NCBI GenBank assembly: GCA_003973385.1
Contig: QNYK01000108.1
Span: 3,511-67,510 of the forward strand
Direction of reading: 5' to 3'
Origin: Bacillota bacterium
Lineage (GTDB): Bacteria > Planctomycetota > UBA8108 > UBA1146
DNA: 64,000 nucleotides
Shown here: in pieces, positions 60,566 to 64,000 of the stretch
How the letters are laid out: the number at the start of each line of letters is the position of its first letter
How positions within the stretch are numbered: position 1 is the first letter of the stretch
The notes under the pieces: generated by a model
Seen by the model: the letters and a program-made list of their open reading frames with translations, nothing else
Told to the model about the DNA's origin: nothing
Databases searched by the model: none
Made by a program: the position numbers and the translations under genes

Positions 60566-60930
60566 GTCGTATCGGATGGTCCAGGATCGCCTACGGGATG
60601 GCGGCGATCGCAGTCAGCTGTGGTGCGGTGGGGTCCCACCTGCTGGACGACGTGCTCGAGGGAAATGCAGCGAATCAGTGGCAGATTGCCACCCGCATGC
60701 TGTTCTGGCATGCGCTGGGCCTCTGGATCTGCGCCAGCACGGCAAGATACCGCCAGGGAGCCCTGATGCTGATCTCGGTGCTCATCTTCTGCGGGTCGGT
60801 ATTTTCTCTTTCGCTGGGGGGGCCAGGCTGGATGGGAATGGTCGCTCCTCTGGGCGGAGCCGGGATGGTCGTCTCGTGGCTGTGGCTAGCGGTGGGAAAG
60901 GCGCCAGAATGGCCAGCACCAGCCAGATAG
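60559..60930 (+). CDS. DUF423 (YgdD/TMEM256) small membrane protein
   Basis: 'AV..GA.GSH', 'W..ATR....HALG', 'IFCGS.F.L', 'G.VAPLGG'. Confidence 0.85.
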   Translation: MLSRIGWSRIAYGMAAIAVSCGAVGSHLLDDVLEGNAANQWQIATRMLFWHALGLWICASTARYRQGALMLISVLIFCGSVFSLSLGGPGWMGMVAPLGGAGMVVSWLWLAVGKAPEWPAPAR

Positions 60931-60984
60931 GAGCATTCTGCGACTGATGTTAGTCACAAGTGGCTATCAAGACATTTTCGGGGA

Positions 60985-61080
60985 TAACTCTTACTATCGG
61001 CCTTCGGTTTTGTACAATCTCAGTGCAGACTCTCGATCATATACATATTGACTTTGTATTGTTGCGTTCAGTTATTGCTC
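60985..61080 (+). promoter_or_regulatory. AT-rich putative promoter region of the protease gene
   Basis: Conspicuously AT-rich. TACAAT at 61013, TTGACT at 61048, and a short inverted repeat ATACA-N9-TGTAT at 61041..61059. Confidence 0.35.
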
Positions 61081-61158
61081 ATTTGAGCGGCCTTGCTCAA
61101 AAGGGATCAGGCAACCGAAATAGGTAATTATTTCGGATCCCAAACCAGGAAGAAAAAG

Positions 61159-63981
61159 ATGACTTCTGAAATGGACTGGGATGACCAGAATCCTGCTTCA
61201 GGTCTCTCAGGGGGTTTCCACCGGGCCGGCATCAGACCGGCAGCGTTGATCCTCATCACGAGTCTATTCGCTCTCAGCTGTGGACCCCTCTACCCGGCTG
61301 AAATTTACGATGGAAGTCGCCGGGGACCCGCTATGGAGACTGTGCAGGGTGCCATCCTGAGGGATCTGGAACGGGTTCTCGGAGATGAAGCCGCTTCCAC
61401 CATGACCCTTTCATGGATGCGCCAGCCCACCGAGAGCAGGGTTTTTGCAGGTTGGGTACAGGAGATCGAGGGGATTCCGGTTCGTGGAGGAGTGGGCCGA
61501 AGCATGGCCCTCAAGGATCCGAGTACGGGTCAATGGTCAGTCCACTACCGAGCATTCAGATATGCATCTCCTGAAAAAGTTCCGCTTCCGGTCCTCGACT
61601 CTAGCGCTGCGCTGGAGATCGCCAGTGTAGGCCACACGAAACGACTGTGGTCAATTCCGCGACTGGAACTCGCTCCTGGAAAAGATGGTGATCCGACACT
61701 GTGCTGGGTCATCGATGGCACATCGACCATCCCGGGACATTACAGCAGCATCAGGATCGATGTCGATGCCTGTTTCGGGCTGGTGGTCGCCGTCGAGGAG
61801 CAGATCTGTGAGATCGACATTCCAGGGACCTTGGACACCTTCCGGACCGCGGGAACGGGTCCCCAGAATGCGTCCACAACGGTAAGTTTTCCTCTCGGGG
61901 GTGCACAGGTCAGCGGAGCAGGAGCCAGCACCTATTCTGCTCTCGACGGTTCATTCTTGCTCGCAAATGTGCCGGATAGCAACTTCACCGTGCTGGCAGG
62001 ATTGCAAGCAGAGTGGGGGCTGGTCAGCAGTGCCATAGCACCCGATGCCGTCGACTCTGCGGCAGCAGATCCCGCTGGTGTGTCGCTGGTCATCAACGAT
62101 CCACCCACCATCGAAGGTACGGCTCAGGCCAATGCGTTTCATTACATGGATCAAGGGATTCGATTCTTTGTAGACTCTCCAGGTGGGTTTCCCGCGATGG
62201 TGACACCGGTCACAGCCACAACATCACTTGCAGGCAGCTGCAACGCTTACTATGACCCAGCTCTGACGATGCTACGTTTCCTTCAGGCTGGAGGCGGATG
62301 CGTGGATAGTGCCTATTCCTCGGTGGTGCTGCACGAATTTGGCCACCATGTTGTCGCTTCGCTGGGGCTGGCGCAGCAGGCTTTTGGTGAGGGGTACGGC
62401 GACTCCCTCTCGGTGGTAATTCTGGGCGAAGGAATCATCGGCAGGGATTTCACAGGTCCCGGAACTTCCGTCCGTGATATTCAGAATGCCGGCGTTACGA
62501 TCCCCTGTTCAGGGGGAATACACTTCTGTGGCCAAGCACTGGCAGGATTCTGGTTGGATCTGCGTGAGTCGATGATATCGCAATATGGACAGAGCGAAGG
62601 CATCGCCATGACGTGGGAACTGTTCGTGGACTGGAGTAGTCTGACACTGGGTGGTTCCAACGCGCAACCCTTCCACTTCAACATGCTCACCGAGATGCTC
62701 ACCGTCGATGACAACGATGGGGATCTGGGAAATGGGACCCCGAACTTCGATGTGATCTGTGCTGCAGCACTGGGACATGGAGTGGAGAGCCCGGAGTTGA
62801 CGACGCTGCTCTTGACCCTGGAGACGGGACCAGGCGAAGCAATTCCTCCATCCCCAGCGACCACGGTCAGGGTGCTTGTTGAAGAGATCCTTGCCAGCCC
62901 ATTGCCCAACGGTGCCTATGTAATTTTTCGGTTTGAGGGGGGACCTTGGCAATCATTCTTCCTGATCGAGACATCGCCAGGAATCTATGAGGGTAATTTT
63001 CCGCCGCTGGACTGCCTCGATTCCTTCGAGTGGTTCGTCAGTGTTCAAGATGATGCTGGAATCACCACCACTCTTCCTCCCGATGCCATCTCACTTCCCT
63101 ACTCGACAGTTGTCGTGACAGAGATCACAACGACGATGCAGGAAACCTTCGCTCAGGATCCCGGCTGGAGCATCGCTGCGCCTGACGACACGGCGACAGC
63201 TGGAAGATGGGAGTGGGGGGATCCCTACGCTTCCGTTGCACAGCCGAGCGCAGGTGTCCCGGGACCGCAGGGGGACCTGACCTGCTACATGACGGGGCTC
63301 GGCGGAATCGGTCAATCACAGGGTGCTCACGATGTAGACGGAGGGGATACGACCCTCACCAGCACCTCATATCCGATTTCAGACAGTGGCCTGCACAAGG
63401 TTTCATACTGGCGCTGGTTTTCAAATGCGACCTCCATCACGACTCCGGACGATTCACTTATTGTCTACAAGAGCCTCGATGGAGGAACTTCCTGGCAGCT
63501 GATCGAAGAGATTGGCAGAGGACATCCGGAGGCTCTTGGAGGCTGGTACGTGAATTACTTCTGGATTTCCGAGGGGGCTTCCCCCACAGGCAGTGTGATG
63601 TTGCGCTTCCACACTGGCGACGAGGGTGTTGGCAATGTGGTCGAGGCGGGAGTGGACATGCTAACGATCGAGCAATTGATTTGTTCTGGAACCCCGCCAC
63701 CTCCTGTTGTCGAGAACGATTTCATCAGAGGAGATTGCAATGTTGACGGCAACCGCGATCTCAGCGATGCGGTCCAGATGCTGGATGTTCTCTTTGGCAG
63801 TGGGGCCGTATTTGCCTGTGAGGATGCCTGCGATGTCGATGATGGCGGGCAGGTGAACCTCGGCGATGTGATCGGGTATCTGAATGAACTGTTTCTGGGA
63901 GGACCGGGAAACTCATCTGTCTGCGGAGTAGACACTACCTCCGATACCATAGGGTGTGATCAGGGGCTGATCTGTCCCTGA
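61159..63981 (+). CDS. Large secreted M4/M36-like zinc metalloprotease with beta-sandwich and C-terminal dockerin-like domains
   Basis: Propeptide-like 'QEIEGIPV' and 'VDA..G.VV', 'CNAYY', 'VVLHEFGH...AFGEGYGD', 'IH..GQ...GFW', MAM-like region, 'FIRGDCNVDG' tail. Possible lipobox 'ALSC'. Confidence 0.85.
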   Translation: MTSEMDWDDQNPASGLSGGFHRAGIRPAALILITSLFALSCGPLYPAEIYDGSRRGPAMETVQGAILRDLERVLGDEAASTMTLSWMRQPTESRVFAGWVQEIEGIPVRGGVGRSMALKDPSTGQWSVHYRAFRYASPEKVPLPVLDSSAALEIASVGHTKRLWSIPRLELAPGKDGDPTLCWVIDGTSTIPGHYSSIRIDVDACFGLVVAVEEQICEIDIPGTLDTFRTAGTGPQNASTTVSFPLGGAQVSGAGASTYSALDGSFLLANVPDSNFTVLAGLQAEWGLVSSAIAPDAVDSAAADPAGVSLVINDPPTIEGTAQANAFHYMDQGIRFFVDSPGGFPAMVTPVTATTSLAGSCNAYYDPALTMLRFLQAGGGCVDSAYSSVVLHEFGHHVVASLGLAQQAFGEGYGDSLSVVILGEGIIGRDFTGPGTSVRDIQNAGVTIPCSGGIHFCGQALAGFWLDLRESMISQYGQSEGIAMTWELFVDWSSLTLGGSNAQPFHFNMLTEMLTVDDNDGDLGNGTPNFDVICAAALGHGVESPELTTLLLTLETGPGEAIPPSPATTVRVLVEEILASPLPNGAYVIFRFEGGPWQSFFLIETSPGIYEGNFPPLDCLDSFEWFVSVQDDAGITTTLPPDAISLPYSTVVVTEITTTMQETFAQDPGWSIAAPDDTATAGRWEWGDPYASVAQPSAGVPGPQGDLTCYMTGLGGIGQSQGAHDVDGGDTTLTSTSYPISDSGLHKVSYWRWFSNATSITTPDDSLIVYKSLDGGTSWQLIEEIGRGHPEALGGWYVNYFWISEGASPTGSVMLRFHTGDEGVGNVVEAGVDMLTIEQLICSGTPPPPVVENDFIRGDCNVDGNRDLSDAVQMLDVLFGSGAVFACEDACDVDDGGQVNLGDVIGYLNELFLGGPGNSSVCGVDTTSDTIGCDQGLICP

Positions 63982-64000
63982 TCATGTCGCAGTTTGATTT

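Overview
Gene-dense, GC-rich bacterial chromosome segment. It is most likely from an uncultured Planctomycetota lineage, inferred from C-terminal 'FIRGDxNxDG' dockerin-like domains, a DEAGYGP RNase HII-like protein and an archaeal-type ProRS. No mobile element, CRISPR array or rRNA was seen. Contents, left to right: (1) a flagellar export/regulation operon fliH-fliI-fliJ-fliO-fliP-fliQ-fliR-flhB-flhA-flhF-flhG-fliA that has no fliK/flgD/flgE/motAB/fliL/fliM/fliN block, and whose FlhB stops before the NPTH autocleavage/switch domain; (2) a GT-C-like membrane glycosyltransferase; (3) a selenocysteine operon (DUF3108-like Cys/His-motif protein, selA, selD, tRNA-Sec) in which selD is itself a UGA-recoded selenoprotein with a SECIS-like hairpin, whose N-terminal ~94 codons the ORF track misses; (4) HU and priA; (5) a methyltransferase-bshC-bshB1-bshA operon (bacillithiol, probably N-methyl-bacillithiol); (6) mogA and two paralogous exported vWA proteins around a PfkB kinase; (7) proS with M61, PilZ and M48 genes; (8) an M20 amidohydrolase, a stripped HypA-like protein and a long UbiD; (9) an FG-GAP protein, a GNAT, an arylsulfotransferase, an outer-membrane-like protein, a selenium-type YedE and a BNR/sialidase; (10) housekeeping genes (fhs, RNase HII-like, TrmH-like, YceH); (11) tandem DUF4139 proteins; (12) a tandem pair of orphan D12-class DNA adenine methyltransferases; (13) a large secreted M4/M36-like metalloprotease. 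The best candidate for an undescribed system is the reduced flagellum-derived secretion apparatus. All family assignments come from motif recognition by eye; no database search was run.
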